Below the pieces are notes generated by a model. It worked only from the letters and a program-made list of their open reading frames with translations. It was not told where the DNA came from and searched no databases. Positions 20,272 to 31,942 of a stretch of 64,000 bases of DNA are shown one piece after another (position 1 is the first letter of the stretch; every line of letters starts with the position of its first letter). This DNA comes from a bacterium (GTDB taxonomy: Bacteria; Zhuqueibacterota; Zhuqueibacteria; Residuimicrobiales; Krinioviventaceae): assembly GCA_963693055.1 (NCBI GenBank), contig OY843751.1, positions 4,352,001 to 4,416,000 of the forward strand, given 5' to 3'. The translations under genes and the position numbers were made by a program.

Positions 20272-20739
20272 TCAGTGTGGCAGCATGTTGGAATTAAACT
20301 GGAAATAACCATCAGAAGCACTGTTTTCAAAATCCAATACTACCGCGGCAATTAAATCCTGCATTTCTTTAACATCAATACTTGCAAGTTGTAAACTTAC
20401 TGCGCGCTCTATGATCAGCTCCATCATATCGTCAGTAACCAGTTCCAGTTCACGTAATTGAAACAGGTACCCATACGCCTCGGGAGAGATTATCTCTTTT
20501 TCAATCTCATTCAACTCTCTCCAGATCGGCCGGGGAATATCCGAAGGATGCCCTTTTATGATCCGGTCTATACTTTCCCCATGGTTTAACAACCAGGACA
20601 TGGCCGTAGAGATTTCTTCATCACTAAAGCCCTGTTCCGATAATATATCTAAAATCAATTGTAAGTCTATTTCTCCAAAAGCGTTGTCACGAATCTCTTT
20701 CATCACAAAACTCAGGATATCCAAAAACCTTTTGTTCAT
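20272..20739 (-). CDS. smg: Smg/DUF494 family protein
   Basis: L..QGFS.EEI..A..WL, R.L...E, E.IIERA; upstream of topA as is usual. Confidence 0.85.
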   Translation of the reverse strand: MNKRFLDILSFVMKEIRDNAFGEIDLQLILDILSEQGFSDEEISTAMSWLLNHGESIDRIIKGHPSDIPRPIWRELNEIEKEIISPEAYGYLFQLRELELVTDDMMELIIERAVSLQLASIDVKEMQDLIAAVVLDFENSASDGYFQFNSNMLPH

Positions 20740-20910
20740 CCAGGTTCACTCCGCGTGCTTGTTTCATTATCCGAATATACAATTTTTTCATACAAATGCA
20801 AGTGATTGTTCTGGCTTTTTTTTATCAATAACAGAACCATCACAAGCAATCGCACGAAAACAATATTTCAATCTTGTCCTTTGTGTATTTCTAACACAAA
20901 TTTATTCTCA

Positions 20911-23900
20911 TTAATTGCCTTTGCCACAGCAATTTTTATATTTTTTTCCACTTCCACAGGGACAAGGCTCGTTTCTACCAACTTTATTGGTATTAATCAC
21001 CTGACGTTGCTTTCCTGCCGGACGTCCCGGTGTGGGCTGGGCCTGTGCTTTACCTTTTGGTGGAGCCATTACCTGTTTAAACAGTTCTACCTGAGAATGA
21101 GAAGTAGATACCTTTTGCGGTTCAGAACGTCTCATTTCCCGCTCTTCAAGCTCACCGCCAACATCCAGTACGCGGAAAAGAGTGCTTACAATATCTCTGT
21201 TTGTACTGTCAATCATTTTCACAAACATTTTATAAGCTTCACTCTTGTACTCGATCAATGGATCTTTTTGTCCGTAACCACGCAAACCAATACCTTCACG
21301 CAGCTCATCAACACCACTCAAATGCTGACGCCAGTTTTCATCGATTTTTTCAAGGATATAATACCGCTCGTATCTGGCTACCATAGATTCGCCAATCTCA
21401 TCCACACGGCGGCGGTAAATGCTTTGCGCCCAACTACTCAGCGTATTCATCACCGTATTGGGATCCATTGCCTCACCGCTTTCATCATGCAGGCGTGGTG
21501 ATTGTCTGAATACCAGACGGCATTCCGATTCCAAACGACGAATCTGGGTTGCATCAAGATCGTCATTATTACCCAGCACACCGCTAATCATTTGATAGAT
21601 TGTATCATCAATCATGGTTAATACAGAATCAAAAACAATATCTGTACTAAGCCGCTCCTGATGGTAACGCTCAACCCGGTCTGCATAGGTCTTGTAGAAA
21701 CTTAAACCCCATGCAACCAGTTCTTCACGATAAGAGTTTAATGCTTCACGCTCACGAGATGCCGGTAGAATCTTGTCCGGTTTACCCATAAACATATTCT
21801 GAAAACTTGATGCCAGCAATTGTTGTGTTGATTCGGCATCTTTATTTTCTTTGATTACATTTTCAAACCGTGCTATAATTGAAGATTCTATCAATTCTTC
21901 AATGGATGTATTGGCAAGCAACAATTGGTTATATACGGTAATATTTTCTCGCAAGTGTTCCAAATAGGTATTTCTTGCCCACCGCATTGTCTGGCTAACA
22001 AGGTCAGGCCAGTCTTTTAATGCCTCAGCAGGTTTAAATGCTTCTCCAAATACACTCTGCAAAAACTCTGCCTGTTTTTCTTCCAGTTCCAAAACATCAC
22101 GGCTATGATATGCCGATGCCTGTATAAAACTATGTTCAACCACTGCATTAATATATTGTACAGATGAAAAATAACCCAGAATTCGGTTCCGGTACAACAT
22201 TTCATCTTTACCAGCAATTGCCAGGCCGTCAAGCCATTCCTGAACTTTTTTTATAACTTTTTCACGTCGAATGGTGCGCATTTCATTTTCACCAATGGGA
22301 GGACGCTGCATAAATATCTTTTCCAGATCACTCAAAAAGTTTTCCGAATTCCAGGTTGCCGCTGGCGCGTCAATTGGTAAATGACGGTTAACCAAACCAT
22401 TTACATAAATTTCCAGAAAAGTGTTCAACGGAATGGTTTTAAAAAGAATACTATCTATTGCTTTTTGCCCGTTTTCTACCTGAGAATTATAAACAGATGC
22501 AGCCCATTCTTTTAACCTTGATTCAAAAACATCAGCAGTATCAATATTGCTATTCTCAAGCCAATCTGGTTTCTGCTCAAAAATACGCTCCATCTCATAA
22601 CCAATGCCCGAGATATTCCATTTTGAAATATCTCGGGTACCAGCGTTATGCAGTCTTATTTTCAACAATACCAGCTCATCTATAATATCTTGAATATTAC
22701 AATACCCGGTAATACGGTGACGCTCCTGCATTTGATAGAGGTGGCGCTGTTCTTTCAACTTTTCATCAACCCAGGTTCTCAAAGTCTCCCGAACACCACT
22801 AACATCCTGGCTTTCAAGTTCAGATTTGGTAAAATCAGGTTCTGCACCAAAATACCGTTTCAGATTTTCAAACAATTCATCCAGTTTCCAGGTTGAACGA
22901 TCATCTTCTTCATCAATAAAGCGTTTGATCTTGGCTTCTACAAAATCTTCCGGCTGTGCAAAACCCAGCAGGTTTTGTCGTCGTTTATATATAATCTTTC
23001 TTTGTTCATTCAATACGTCATCATAATCCAGCAAATGCTTACGAATTTCAAAGTTGCGTTCTTCAACTTTTTTCTGAGCGCGTTCAATGGATTTTGTGAT
23101 CATAGAGTGCTCAATGCGCTCTCCCTCATCCATACTGCCTAAACGACTCATAATATTTGTAATGCGGTCAGAACCAAACAGACGCATGAGATCATCTTCC
23201 AATGACAGATAAAAACGTGAAGAACCCGGATCTCCCTGACGTCCCGCACGACCACGTAACTGCCGGTCAATTCGGCGGGCTTCATGCTTTTCAGAACCAA
23301 TGATCTGTAAACCACCTTTTTCAATTACATCTCTGGTAAGCTTGATATCCGTACCACGACCCGCCATATTGGTCGCAATGGTTATGGATCCCGGTAGACC
23401 TGCTTTGGCAACAATTTCAGCTTCGTTTTTATGATATTTGGCATTCAATACCGTATGAAAGCGTCCCGATTCCAGCTCTTTGGTAACATCACCCTTTTTC
23501 AGCCAGTTGGCAACAGGAATACCGCGCTGGGTAAACAAATTACTCAGATGCTGAGAAACATCAACGGAAACCGTACCAATCAGAACCGGTAGTCCTTTTT
23601 CATGATACTCTATGGTATCTTTAATGATTGCATCATACTTTTCAGCCTTTGTTCGATAGATCACATCATTCATATCATCACGAATAACCGGCCTATTGGT
23701 TGGCGCAACAATAACATCCAGGTTGTAGGTACTGTAAAATTCCTGCGCTTCTGTTTCGGCAGTACCAGTCATACCTGCCAGTTTATTATATAATCTAAAG
23801 AAATTCTGCAATGTAATGGTAGCCAGTGTCTGGCTTTCTGCCTGCACTTCTACACCTTCTTTAGCTTCCAACGCTTCATGCAAACCGTCACTAAAACGGC

Positions 23901-26900
23901 GTCCCGGCATTAAACGACCGGTAAACTGATCAACAATCATAACCGCTTTATTACCACGTTTTGCACCGGTACGTCTTAATTCATTGTCTTCCACTGCCTT
24001 GACCACATACTCGACATCATTATGATACAATGTATATGCCCGCAGCAACTGGGATATATTTTGCACGCGTTCTTCCACGTGGTTATAATCCTGCCAGATC
24101 TTGTCTCGCTGTTGTTCCAGCATTACCCGTGGACGACGTTCAAAATGGATACGGAACCAGTGTTCAATCTCTTCATTACGCATTACAAAATTCGGCATAT
24201 GTGCGTTAGACAGCAATTCAGTCATCTCGCGATCATCCAAAACAATATGACGTGAACGTAAATGCGTTTTTTCTTTTGGAAGCAAGCCTTGCAGCTCTGC
24301 CCGACTGCCGGCTTTTTTGGTACTTAGCTGCATAATCTCATCACGAAAACTCTGATACTCGTCCCGGTAATTGAAATAAGGTAATCCGCCAATCAACAAA
24401 GTACGGGCAGCTTTTTCAATGCCTTTGGGTATTTTATTTTCATCCAAAACAAACAATGCATCAACATCCACATTCGGATCGCTTGCAGCTTCTTTTAATT
24501 TATCTACAACCTGACTGCGCTCAAAAAACAGACCCTGCAAATTCTTGCGGCCGTTTTCAGTCAATCCTGTAATATTGACAGTCTTAAAAACGGGGTCCTC
24601 CGGATGCAAGGTACCACTAAACTGGAAATACCTGCGAAGCCAGCGCTGGCGCTCTGTAAGGGTTTGATCAGTATCTGCCAGGTTTGTAAAAATCATCTGT
24701 ATCGTTTCATTGAGGCGCTCAACCTCTTCAAACCGACGTGAAGCACTGATAATCTCTGCAGGCAAGTTGAATTTATCCTGCAGATGTGCATCCAGCTTTA
24801 GCTTGTTAGACAGTTCATTTTTACCGGTATCACGGCTCCAGGATTTAATTTCTTTATCTACATCGGCAAAATTCGCGCCCATCAAGCGTTCCAATTCAGC
24901 GTCTGCCAATCCGGCCACATGTCCATTCGCTTCAGTTTTAAAAATAGCCTCGGGCTTGTCTTTATAATCACCCAGATGTTTTTCAAAGTGACGTATTACG
25001 GTTTTACTTTCACTACTGAAATTTGAAAGGCATTCAACACCCAGGGAGGTTATATCAAACCTGCCGGTTTCCATAACATAAAAATCATTATTTTTAGGAT
25101 CTTCAAGGGTTTGAATATGTTCATAAAGTGCTGTTACATCTCTATCCATATCTTCTACAGCAAGAACATGAGCAGAATAATCATAATCTGCCTGGTTCAA
25201 AGTATCATCCAACTGCTTTTGGATCTGCTGGTCACGTTCTTCAACCAGGGTTCTGTCAGGCAGTACATACAGATCAGGATTACCACCAAGCAGAGCAATA
25301 CGGCCTTTTTCAGTAATTTGATTTAAAACAGCGCCATTGTCTTTTAACTCGAAATATTCCTGCTTGATATTTTCAATAGAGGTTAAATCTTGCGTTGAGG
25401 CAGGATTAAGAAGCGCAATCAATCCATTAACAGTAGGCAGCAGCATAGGATCGCCAGATTTTTGCATAGCCAATACCGCCAGTTTACCTTCTTGGGTCAA
25501 ACCGGTAATTGCGCCAAACTGTTTTTCAGTTTCAAAAAAGACGTCGGTTAATTCTCTTCTTCTGTCAACAAGCGGACGCTTCATAACCGGTTCAGCATCT
25601 ACGTCTGCTTCTTCTCGCACCATATCTAAAAGCTTTACAAAAGCATCTACAATAGCTTCATCATATTTACCGTTTGCATTGGATTTCAGAAAATCAATTC
25701 CCGTAGATGACATGCTGTTTACAGCCCTGTCCATCTTTTTGGTCATACCATAAAACTGCCGCCATACAGAGGCCTTGTCACCTTTATTATTTTGCAAACG
25801 AGTATTAATTTCTTCAGGTAAATTATTCAATTGAAGAGAAAGCTGCTCAATGGGTTCAAATTCAGACTCGGTAACCCCGGATTGTATACCAATAAGCGCG
25901 GCTTTACCCGCAAGAGTCAATCCGTTACAGGTACCGGTAATGGAATCATGTGTAAAATAGATGGAACGGTTCTTTTGCTCGCTGATTTTCTCAAGCGTTG
26001 CGCTCAATACATCCAGTTTTTGAATTTTATGAACAATATCCTGGTCGCGGCCGCCCGAGAGGAAAATACGTCCCTTTTCGGTAATATCTATAACATGGCT
26101 CTTTTCATCAATGGTGAAATACAAATCCGCATCAACTTCACCCATTTGCTTGTTTACTTCATATTGGCCCTGAATTCGTTCAATCAATTTCTTGACCCAA
26201 AATTCCGAAGTCAGCAGTTCCAACAGTTCTTTGTTTTTAGGATCTCCACGATGGACCTGAAGAATTTTGATTCCTGCTTGTTCTTCATCGTTCTCGAGCA
26301 ACTCTTTGCCTTCACGCAACAGTTGTTGCACCAGCTCGTTCTGTCGTTTAGCCAGGTTCTCTACAGTGGGTTTTAATTCTTTATAAATATTCTTGGGTGC
26401 TCCAACAGCTCCCGATATAATCAATGGTGTTCTGGCTTCATCAATCAAAACACTGTCCACTTCATCTACAATTGCGTAATGTAAGGGTCGCTGCACAACA
26501 GACCAAACATCCTGAGACATATTATCACGCAAATAATCAAATCCAAATTCGTTATTGGTACCATACGTAATATCCGCATGATAAGCCGCGCGGCGTTCTT
26601 CTGGAGATTGATCTCCAAAAATTGCAGCTACCGTTAATCCCAAAAACTTGTAAATTTCGCCCATCCATTCACAGTCACGTTGGGCCAGATAATCATTAAC
26701 AGTGATAAGATGCACACCCTTGCCTTCTAACGCATTCAGATACAAAGGCATAGAGGCTACAAGGGTTTTACCTTCACCTGTTGCCATTTCAGCAATTTTC
26801 CCATCATGCAGTATCATACCACCCAATATCTGCACATCATAAGGAATCATGTCCCATTCTATTTCCTGCCCGCGAACCATCCATTTTTTACCGCGCAACC

Positions 26901-27141
26901 GTCTACAGGTATCTTTAACAACGGCAAAAGCTTCGGGTAAAATATCATCAAGGGTTTCCCCCATACGTAATCTATATTTAAACTCGTTGGTTTTCGCTTT
27001 TAATTCATCATCAGATAGATGCTCATATTCTTTTGCATAGTCATTCACCGTAGCAACTAATGGCTCTAACCGTTTAACTTCACGTTCGGTGCTTGTGCCT
27101 CCCATAACTTTGGAAAGCATTTTTTCAATAGACTTTAACAT
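20911..27141 (-). CDS. secA: preprotein translocase ATPase SecA, greatly enlarged (2076 aa) by repeated PPXD and HWD modules
   Basis: [64 protein letters not shown]-terminal [13 protein letters not shown]. Confidence 0.97.
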   Translation of the reverse strand: MLKSIEKMLSKVMGGTSTEREVKRLEPLVATVNDYAKEYEHLSDDELKAKTNEFKYRLRMGETLDDILPEAFAVVKDTCRRLRGKKWMVRGQEIEWDMIPYDVQILGGMILHDGKIAEMATGEGKTLVASMPLYLNALEGKGVHLITVNDYLAQRDCEWMGEIYKFLGLTVAAIFGDQSPEERRAAYHADITYGTNNEFGFDYLRDNMSQDVWSVVQRPLHYAIVDEVDSVLIDEARTPLIISGAVGAPKNIYKELKPTVENLAKRQNELVQQLLREGKELLENDEEQAGIKILQVHRGDPKNKELLELLTSEFWVKKLIERIQGQYEVNKQMGEVDADLYFTIDEKSHVIDITEKGRIFLSGGRDQDIVHKIQKLDVLSATLEKISEQKNRSIYFTHDSITGTCNGLTLAGKAALIGIQSGVTESEFEPIEQLSLQLNNLPEEINTRLQNNKGDKASVWRQFYGMTKKMDRAVNSMSSTGIDFLKSNANGKYDEAIVDAFVKLLDMVREEADVDAEPVMKRPLVDRRRELTDVFFETEKQFGAITGLTQEGKLAVLAMQKSGDPMLLPTVNGLIALLNPASTQDLTSIENIKQEYFELKDNGAVLNQITEKGRIALLGGNPDLYVLPDRTLVEERDQQIQKQLDDTLNQADYDYSAHVLAVEDMDRDVTALYEHIQTLEDPKNNDFYVMETGRFDITSLGVECLSNFSSESKTVIRHFEKHLGDYKDKPEAIFKTEANGHVAGLADAELERLMGANFADVDKEIKSWSRDTGKNELSNKLKLDAHLQDKFNLPAEIISASRRFEEVERLNETIQMIFTNLADTDQTLTERQRWLRRYFQFSGTLHPEDPVFKTVNITGLTENGRKNLQGLFFERSQVVDKLKEAASDPNVDVDALFVLDENKIPKGIEKAARTLLIGGLPYFNYRDEYQSFRDEIMQLSTKKAGSRAELQGLLPKEKTHLRSRHIVLDDREMTELLSNAHMPNFVMRNEEIEHWFRIHFERRPRVMLEQQRDKIWQDYNHVEERVQNISQLLRAYTLYHNDVEYVVKAVEDNELRRTGAKRGNKAVMIVDQFTGRLMPGRRFSDGLHEALEAKEGVEVQAESQTLATITLQNFFRLYNKLAGMTGTAETEAQEFYSTYNLDVIVAPTNRPVIRDDMNDVIYRTKAEKYDAIIKDTIEYHEKGLPVLIGTVSVDVSQHLSNLFTQRGIPVANWLKKGDVTKELESGRFHTVLNAKYHKNEAEIVAKAGLPGSITIATNMAGRGTDIKLTRDVIEKGGLQIIGSEKHEARRIDRQLRGRAGRQGDPGSSRFYLSLEDDLMRLFGSDRITNIMSRLGSMDEGERIEHSMITKSIERAQKKVEERNFEIRKHLLDYDDVLNEQRKIIYKRRQNLLGFAQPEDFVEAKIKRFIDEEDDRSTWKLDELFENLKRYFGAEPDFTKSELESQDVSGVRETLRTWVDEKLKEQRHLYQMQERHRITGYCNIQDIIDELVLLKIRLHNAGTRDISKWNISGIGYEMERIFEQKPDWLENSNIDTADVFESRLKEWAASVYNSQVENGQKAIDSILFKTIPLNTFLEIYVNGLVNRHLPIDAPAATWNSENFLSDLEKIFMQRPPIGENEMRTIRREKVIKKVQEWLDGLAIAGKDEMLYRNRILGYFSSVQYINAVVEHSFIQASAYHSRDVLELEEKQAEFLQSVFGEAFKPAEALKDWPDLVSQTMRWARNTYLEHLRENITVYNQLLLANTSIEELIESSIIARFENVIKENKDAESTQQLLASSFQNMFMGKPDKILPASREREALNSYREELVAWGLSFYKTYADRVERYHQERLSTDIVFDSVLTMIDDTIYQMISGVLGNNDDLDATQIRRLESECRLVFRQSPRLHDESGEAMDPNTVMNTLSSWAQSIYRRRVDEIGESMVARYERYYILEKIDENWRQHLSGVDELREGIGLRGYGQKDPLIEYKSEAYKMFVKMIDSTNRDIVSTLFRVLDVGGELEEREMRRSEPQKVSTSHSQVELFKQVMAPPKGKAQAQPTPGRPAGKQRQVINTNKVGRNEPCPCGSGKKYKNCCGKGN

Positions 27142-27308
27142 TTACAAAATCCTCGTTTATCAAATCTATAAATAATTATACCGGCAATACTTATATGTAT
27201 ACAAACAACACAAGTTTCAAATTTAATGGATTTTAGGCTAAAAATCCAGCAAATTAATTACGCCGGTATTATTTAAATTGGCTGTTATCAAATTAGAGCA
27301 TGGTGGGG

Positions 27309-27815
27309 TTAAGCGGGTAAATCCTGTTTGTCCAGGCATCCTCTACCGGTTTTTTGAATTTTATTGTTCTTTTTCAAACTTTCATAAACAGCATCCAAAA
27401 TCCCGTTAATAAAACCACCGCTCTTGTCCGTACTATACAACTTGGACAGTTCAATCGCTTCATCAATGGAAACTTTGGGGGGGATATCATTAAAATTCAT
27501 AAACTCACAGATCGCAATACGCATAATAATGCGATCAATAATAGCAATACGCTCGAACTTCCAATTGGTAGAATGGTCTCTAATGTTTTGGTCCAAAACT
27601 TCCCTTTGATCAAAAGTTTGACGAATCAATTGTTTTGTAAACTGGGTAATTGTATTATCTACAACATCTTTGCCCAAAACCAGGGTCAAAACCTGTAAAA
27701 CAGAATTACCAGAGAGTTCCAGTGCATATAAACCCTGTAAAGCTGTCTCTCTGGCTTTTCTACGACTTGCGGGGGGTGAAATTAATTCAATTTCATCATT
27801 ATTTTCAATAAACAT
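27309..27815 (-). CDS. nusB: transcription antitermination factor NusB
   Basis: RRKARE.ALQ.LY, NW..ER...IDR, VSIDEAIEL.K, FINGILD; start uncertain. Confidence 0.95.
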   Translation of the reverse strand: MFIENNDEIELISPPASRRKARETALQGLYALELSGNSVLQVLTLVLGKDVVDNTITQFTKQLIRQTFDQREVLDQNIRDHSTNWKFERIAIIDRIIMRIAICEFMNFNDIPPKVSIDEAIELSKLYSTDKSGGFINGILDAVYESLKKNNKIQKTGRGCLDKQDLPA

Positions 27816-27832
27816 GGTATAAAAGAACACCT

Positions 27833-28762
27833 TTATAAAGTTATAAAATCATGCCAATTGTAAATATCATCACACTCGCCGTTGATATATTCAAAATAGC
27901 GTTTCTGTATCTTTTCAGTAATTTCTCCCCTGCTTCCACTGCCAACGGTAATTCTATCAACAGAACGGACCGGGGTAATTTCTGCGGCAGTACCGGAGAA
28001 GAATATTTCATCAGCAAGGTACAGCATTTCACGAGGTATTTTGGTTTCCACTACAGGAATATCCAATTCTTTTGCAATGGTAAATACACAATCGCGGGTA
28101 ATACCCAACAAAATGCTAGAGTGTATTGCCGGAGTATAAATCACGCCATCACGGATCACATAAACGTTTTCTCCGCTGCCCTCACTTACATAACCCTGAA
28201 CATCAAGCCCAATACCTTCAGAAAAACCGGCCTGGGTTGCTTCGGTTTTAATCAGTTGAGAGTTCATATAATTAGAACCAGCCTTGGCCATAGAAGGCAT
28301 TGTGTTGGGTGCCAGTCGGTTCCAGCTCGAAACAGCAACATCCACACCATTAACAATAGCGTCTTCTCCCAGATAACGTCCCCAATTCAGGCCGCCTATT
28401 ATCACTTCTACCGGGCACTTGGAAGCATCCACACCCAGACTGTGATATCCACGGTAAACAAGCGGACGTACATAAGCAGATTCAAATTTATTTACTTTGA
28501 TAGTTTCTTTACATGCCTCTACAATTTCTTCTTGTGAAAAGGGAATAGGCATACGATATATTTTTGCAGAATCAAACAATCGTCTGATATGTTCTTTTAA
28601 TCTAAAAATACTGGGACCGTTTGGTGTCTTGTAACAACGCATGCCTTCAAAAACACTGGTTCCATAATGCAGAACATGAGACATAACATGGACATTTGCA
28701 TCTTTCCACGCAACAAACTCACCATTCATCCATATTTTGCCCTGTTCATCTCTGGGATCCAT
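27833..28762 (-). CDS. ilvE: branched-chain amino acid aminotransferase
   Basis: HVLHYGTSVFEG.R, AKAGSNY, EGSGEN, LGITR, GTAAE. Confidence 0.96.
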   Translation of the reverse strand: MDPRDEQGKIWMNGEFVAWKDANVHVMSHVLHYGTSVFEGMRCYKTPNGPSIFRLKEHIRRLFDSAKIYRMPIPFSQEEIVEACKETIKVNKFESAYVRPLVYRGYHSLGVDASKCPVEVIIGGLNWGRYLGEDAIVNGVDVAVSSWNRLAPNTMPSMAKAGSNYMNSQLIKTEATQAGFSEGIGLDVQGYVSEGSGENVYVIRDGVIYTPAIHSSILLGITRDCVFTIAKELDIPVVETKIPREMLYLADEIFFSGTAAEITPVRSVDRITVGSGSRGEITEKIQKRYFEYINGECDDIYNWHDFITL

Positions 28763-28780
28763 AATACCCTCCTAAAAAAA

Positions 28781-30508
28781 TCATCTTAAATCTTTAGCTC
28801 TTAATTGTATGGTTTTTCGCCCCATATATTCATTTTCTTCTATAACATACGCCAGATCAAGATTGCCGTCACCGGGAGATACTCTGTAAAACAGATCACC
28901 CATATTAAATCCTATAACATCTAAAACCTTGCCGTTCTGGCGGACCCTGAATTTCAGGTGGTTTCTGCCAACAATCAGTGGACTACCCACTACCTGCAAC
29001 TGCCGTGAAACGAATATAGGACGCATATTATGTGGTCCAAATGGAGCAAATTTTTTCAACATATTTACAAAACTATCATCAATTTGGTCCAAAGTCAACT
29101 CTGCATCTATAGACAATTTGGGAATAAGTAATTCTTCAGTAATTTTACTTCTTGCAATTTCCTCAAATCGGTCAATAAACACTTGTAAATTCTCTTCTTT
29201 GATCGATAAACCGGCAGCATATTTATGTCCGCCATAGCCGATCAATAAATCCTCGCATTCCTGCAAAGATTCATACAGATCAAAGCCCTGAATACTTCGG
29301 GCAGATGCTTTGCCCACACCTTCTTCAATAGATATCAATATGGTTGGACGATAATATTTCTCAACAATTCTTGAAGCAACTATACCAATAACACCGGTAT
29401 GCCAATTCTGTTTATGCAATACAAGTGAATGGGTTTTTCCATTTCTAAAAAGTTTGTCTGCTTGAAATAATGCTTCGTTAAAGGTCTCTTCATCCACAGT
29501 TTTACGATGTCGGTTTTCAGACTCTATAACCTGGGCAATTTGGGTTGCCTCATTTTCATCAACTGTGGTCAACAGCTTGACTGCACGTTCAGCGTCACCC
29601 ATTCTGCCAACTGCGTTTAAACGGGGAGCAATAATGAACACAATCTGACCAGTTCCAATATCTTTGCCCAGCAATCCGGCAGCTTGAATGAGTGTGCGTA
29701 GTCCAACATTCTCGCTTTCATTCAACTTTTCCAGACCAATCTTGACAAATATACGATTTTCATCAATCAACGGAACGATATCCGCAGCTGTACCAATGGC
29801 TACCAGTTCAATATACTGCTCAAGAATAGACATGTCTATTTCCATGCGCATCAACAGACCCTGAGCAACCTTGTAAGCCACACCTACACCGGCAAGTTCT
29901 TTAAATGGATAAGTAGAGTCACTACGTTTGGGATCAATCACAGCAACCGCGTTTGGCAGATCAGCGCCCGGTTCATGGTGATCAGTAACAATCACATCAA
30001 TGCTGTGCGTTTGGGCTGCATCAATTTGCTCATGACCGGTTATACCACAATCTACAGTTACAATTAGGTTTACACCCAGTTCAAGCGCAAATTTGATGCC
30101 CTTTTCAGACAATCCATACCCTTCAATCTGACGATCAGGGATATAATAATGTACATCTGCCCCCAGCTCTTCAAGCAATAAATAGAGAAAAGATACAGAA
30201 GTAATACCGTCTACATCATAATCCCCATAAATCAAAATCCTTTCGTTGCTTAAAATGGCACGACGTAATCTTTCAACCCCCAAATGCATATCATTCAACA
30301 AAAACGGATCGTACAACTGGTCCAAAGTCGATTGAAAAAACTTTTTGGCACTTTCAATTGTATGCACACCACGTCGAATTAAAATTTGGGCAATGATTGC
30401 AGGCAGCTCGGTCTTTGCGGCCAAATCATAAACAAGCTCCCTGTTTTCATCTTCCAAAACAATCCATTTTAGGTCCATAAACAAGCTCCGGGATTTATCA
30501 AATATCAT
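28781..30508 (-). CDS. recJ: single-stranded DNA exonuclease RecJ
   Basis: YGDYDVDG, VDCG, TDHH, GT.AD.VPL, PRLNA.GR, GGH..AAG. Confidence 0.96.
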   Translation of the reverse strand: MIFDKSRSLFMDLKWIVLEDENRELVYDLAAKTELPAIIAQILIRRGVHTIESAKKFFQSTLDQLYDPFLLNDMHLGVERLRRAILSNERILIYGDYDVDGITSVSFLYLLLEELGADVHYYIPDRQIEGYGLSEKGIKFALELGVNLIVTVDCGITGHEQIDAAQTHSIDVIVTDHHEPGADLPNAVAVIDPKRSDSTYPFKELAGVGVAYKVAQGLLMRMEIDMSILEQYIELVAIGTAADIVPLIDENRIFVKIGLEKLNESENVGLRTLIQAAGLLGKDIGTGQIVFIIAPRLNAVGRMGDAERAVKLLTTVDENEATQIAQVIESENRHRKTVDEETFNEALFQADKLFRNGKTHSLVLHKQNWHTGVIGIVASRIVEKYYRPTILISIEEGVGKASARSIQGFDLYESLQECEDLLIGYGGHKYAAGLSIKEENLQVFIDRFEEIARSKITEELLIPKLSIDAELTLDQIDDSFVNMLKKFAPFGPHNMRPIFVSRQLQVVGSPLIVGRNHLKFRVRQNGKVLDVIGFNMGDLFYRVSPGDGNLDLAYVIEENEYMGRKTIQLRAKDLR

Positions 30509-30527
30509 TCATATACAAATCATATAA

Positions 30528-30884
30528 TACAAAGCAGGTCATAAGCCGAATTCTGTTATCCGCAAATGCGGATCGATGATCATTTATCTGGGATGGCGAT
30601 TGCCCGCCACCTCAAGCGACCTACCCGAGAGTCAAACGAGACGGGCCGCCTCTTCTCTCCTATTTGGTCTTGCTCCGAATGGGGTTTACCCTGCCCCCGA
30701 TGTCACCAACGGGGCGGTGAGCTCTTACCTCGCCATTTCACCTTTGCCCCAAAGGGCTGTATATTTTCTGTGGCACTTTCCCTGCTTCACAACAGGTCCG
30801 CGTTACGGACCATTCTGCCCTGTGGAGTTCGGACTTTCCTCATCCCGCAAAATTGCGGAACGCGATCACCTGCCCTGCTTTGTA
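30528..30884 (-). ncRNA. rnpB: RNase P RNA (type A)
   Basis: Minus strand reads GAGGAAAGUCCGAACUCC ... AGUGCCACAGAAA ... GAGCAAGACCAAAUAGG ... ACAGAAUUCGGCUUAU; P1 ends tacaaagcagg and cctgctttgta pair. Confidence 0.97.
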
Positions 30885-30935
30885 TATTAAAATAACAAAT
30901 TACACCAATTTTCAAAGCATATAATTAGCTATTTT

Positions 30936-31685
30936 CTAATTATTTACAGATTGTTCCTCGGCTTCTGGTTTTTTGTTCTTTTCCATATCCCACACCATTA
31001 TTCTACCGCAAACTTCACAATAGTACAATGTATCCATCAACCGAATCTCCAAACCTCGCTGCGGCGGTATACGAGAAGAGCACTCTCTGCATGCACCATC
31101 TTCCAGATAAGATAATGCTCTGCCTCCCCGGTTCACCCGGATACGATCATAAGTATTCAACAAGGGTTTGGATATACCCTTTGACAATTCTTCCCGCTCA
31201 ACCAACAATACGTCTTCTTCTTCTTTGGTTTTTTCCAACATCACTTCAAGGTTCTTTTGTTTATCTACAAACTGTGCTTCCTGTTCCTCAAGTTTTTGGG
31301 TGGTTTCTGTAATTTTCTCTCCCAAAGAGGTCAATGCTTCATCTAGTTCCAATATTTCATATTCATGTTCTTCAATATTTTTTTCACAATTCTCAATTTC
31401 TAATGTCATTGCATCATATTCTTTATTATTTTTCACTTGATATAATTGATCCTGATATTTTTTCAATTTTCCATTCAGCAGCTCAACCTCACCCTCTATC
31501 TGGTGCTTGCGGGTTTCTTTTTCCTTTTTATCAATATTCAACTGATCCAGCAAAAGACGTATACCTTCTATCTCACTTTTCAATTCATTTACTTTTTGAG
31601 GTAAATCTCCTCTTGCTTCCTCCAATGTCTGCAATTTTATATCTACTACCTGCAGGACCATTAATTTTTCCAGGATTTTACGCAA
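30936..31685 (-). CDS. coiled-coil plus C4 zinc-ribbon protein (DUF164/CT398-like)
   Basis: LQ.VD, long coiled coil, NNKEY..., CREC...CEVCGRI; adjacent to rnpB. Confidence 0.9.
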   Translation of the reverse strand: MRKILEKLMVLQVVDIKLQTLEEARGDLPQKVNELKSEIEGIRLLLDQLNIDKKEKETRKHQIEGEVELLNGKLKKYQDQLYQVKNNKEYDAMTLEIENCEKNIEEHEYEILELDEALTSLGEKITETTQKLEEQEAQFVDKQKNLEVMLEKTKEEEDVLLVEREELSKGISKPLLNTYDRIRVNRGGRALSYLEDGACRECSSRIPPQRGLEIRLMDTLYYCEVCGRIMVWDMEKNKKPEAEEQSVNN

Positions 31686-31734
31686 TTTAAATTCTCCTTT
31701 TCACGATTATCATATGTTTGTTACGGGCCATAAC

Positions 31735-31770
31735 AAAAAAAAAGTGCACCCAGAATCTGGATGCACTTTT
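31735..31770 (-). terminator. intrinsic terminator
   Basis: Minus strand aaaagtgcatccagattctgggtgcac followed by a long T run. Confidence 0.65.
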
Positions 31771-31942
31771 AATATATTGTCAACTGTACAAATTTTTTTA
31801 TTTGACTAATGCGTTGATCACTCTCAAAATCTTTTATTATCATTTTCCTATCCAAAGAACCTCATATAACATTTTATGCATTAAAGTAAAATAATAATAA
31901 ATTTTAAAAGAATCAAGAAAAAATCTCAAAAGTATCAATTAA

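Noticed and set aside
20806-21501. 231-aa + strand ORF and the many other antisense ORFs over housekeeping genes
   Set aside because: Shadow frames of well-supported opposite-strand genes with no recognisable motifs
21400-26100. Inteins as the cause of SecA's size
   Set aside because: No C/S-start...HN-C/S/T splice junctions or LAGLIDADG motifs were seen; the inserts resemble SecA's own modules
20911-27141. Accessory SecA2 system
   Set aside because: No secY2, asp or serine-rich substrate genes nearby; housekeeping context and an intact SEC-C tail
30566-30895. ORFs of 109 and 104 aa on the + strand
   Set aside because: They are antisense to the RNase P RNA gene and are spurious
31690-31940. 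Riboswitch or attenuator upstream of the zinc-ribbon gene
   Set aside because: Only a terminator hairpin is visible; no aptamer consensus recognised
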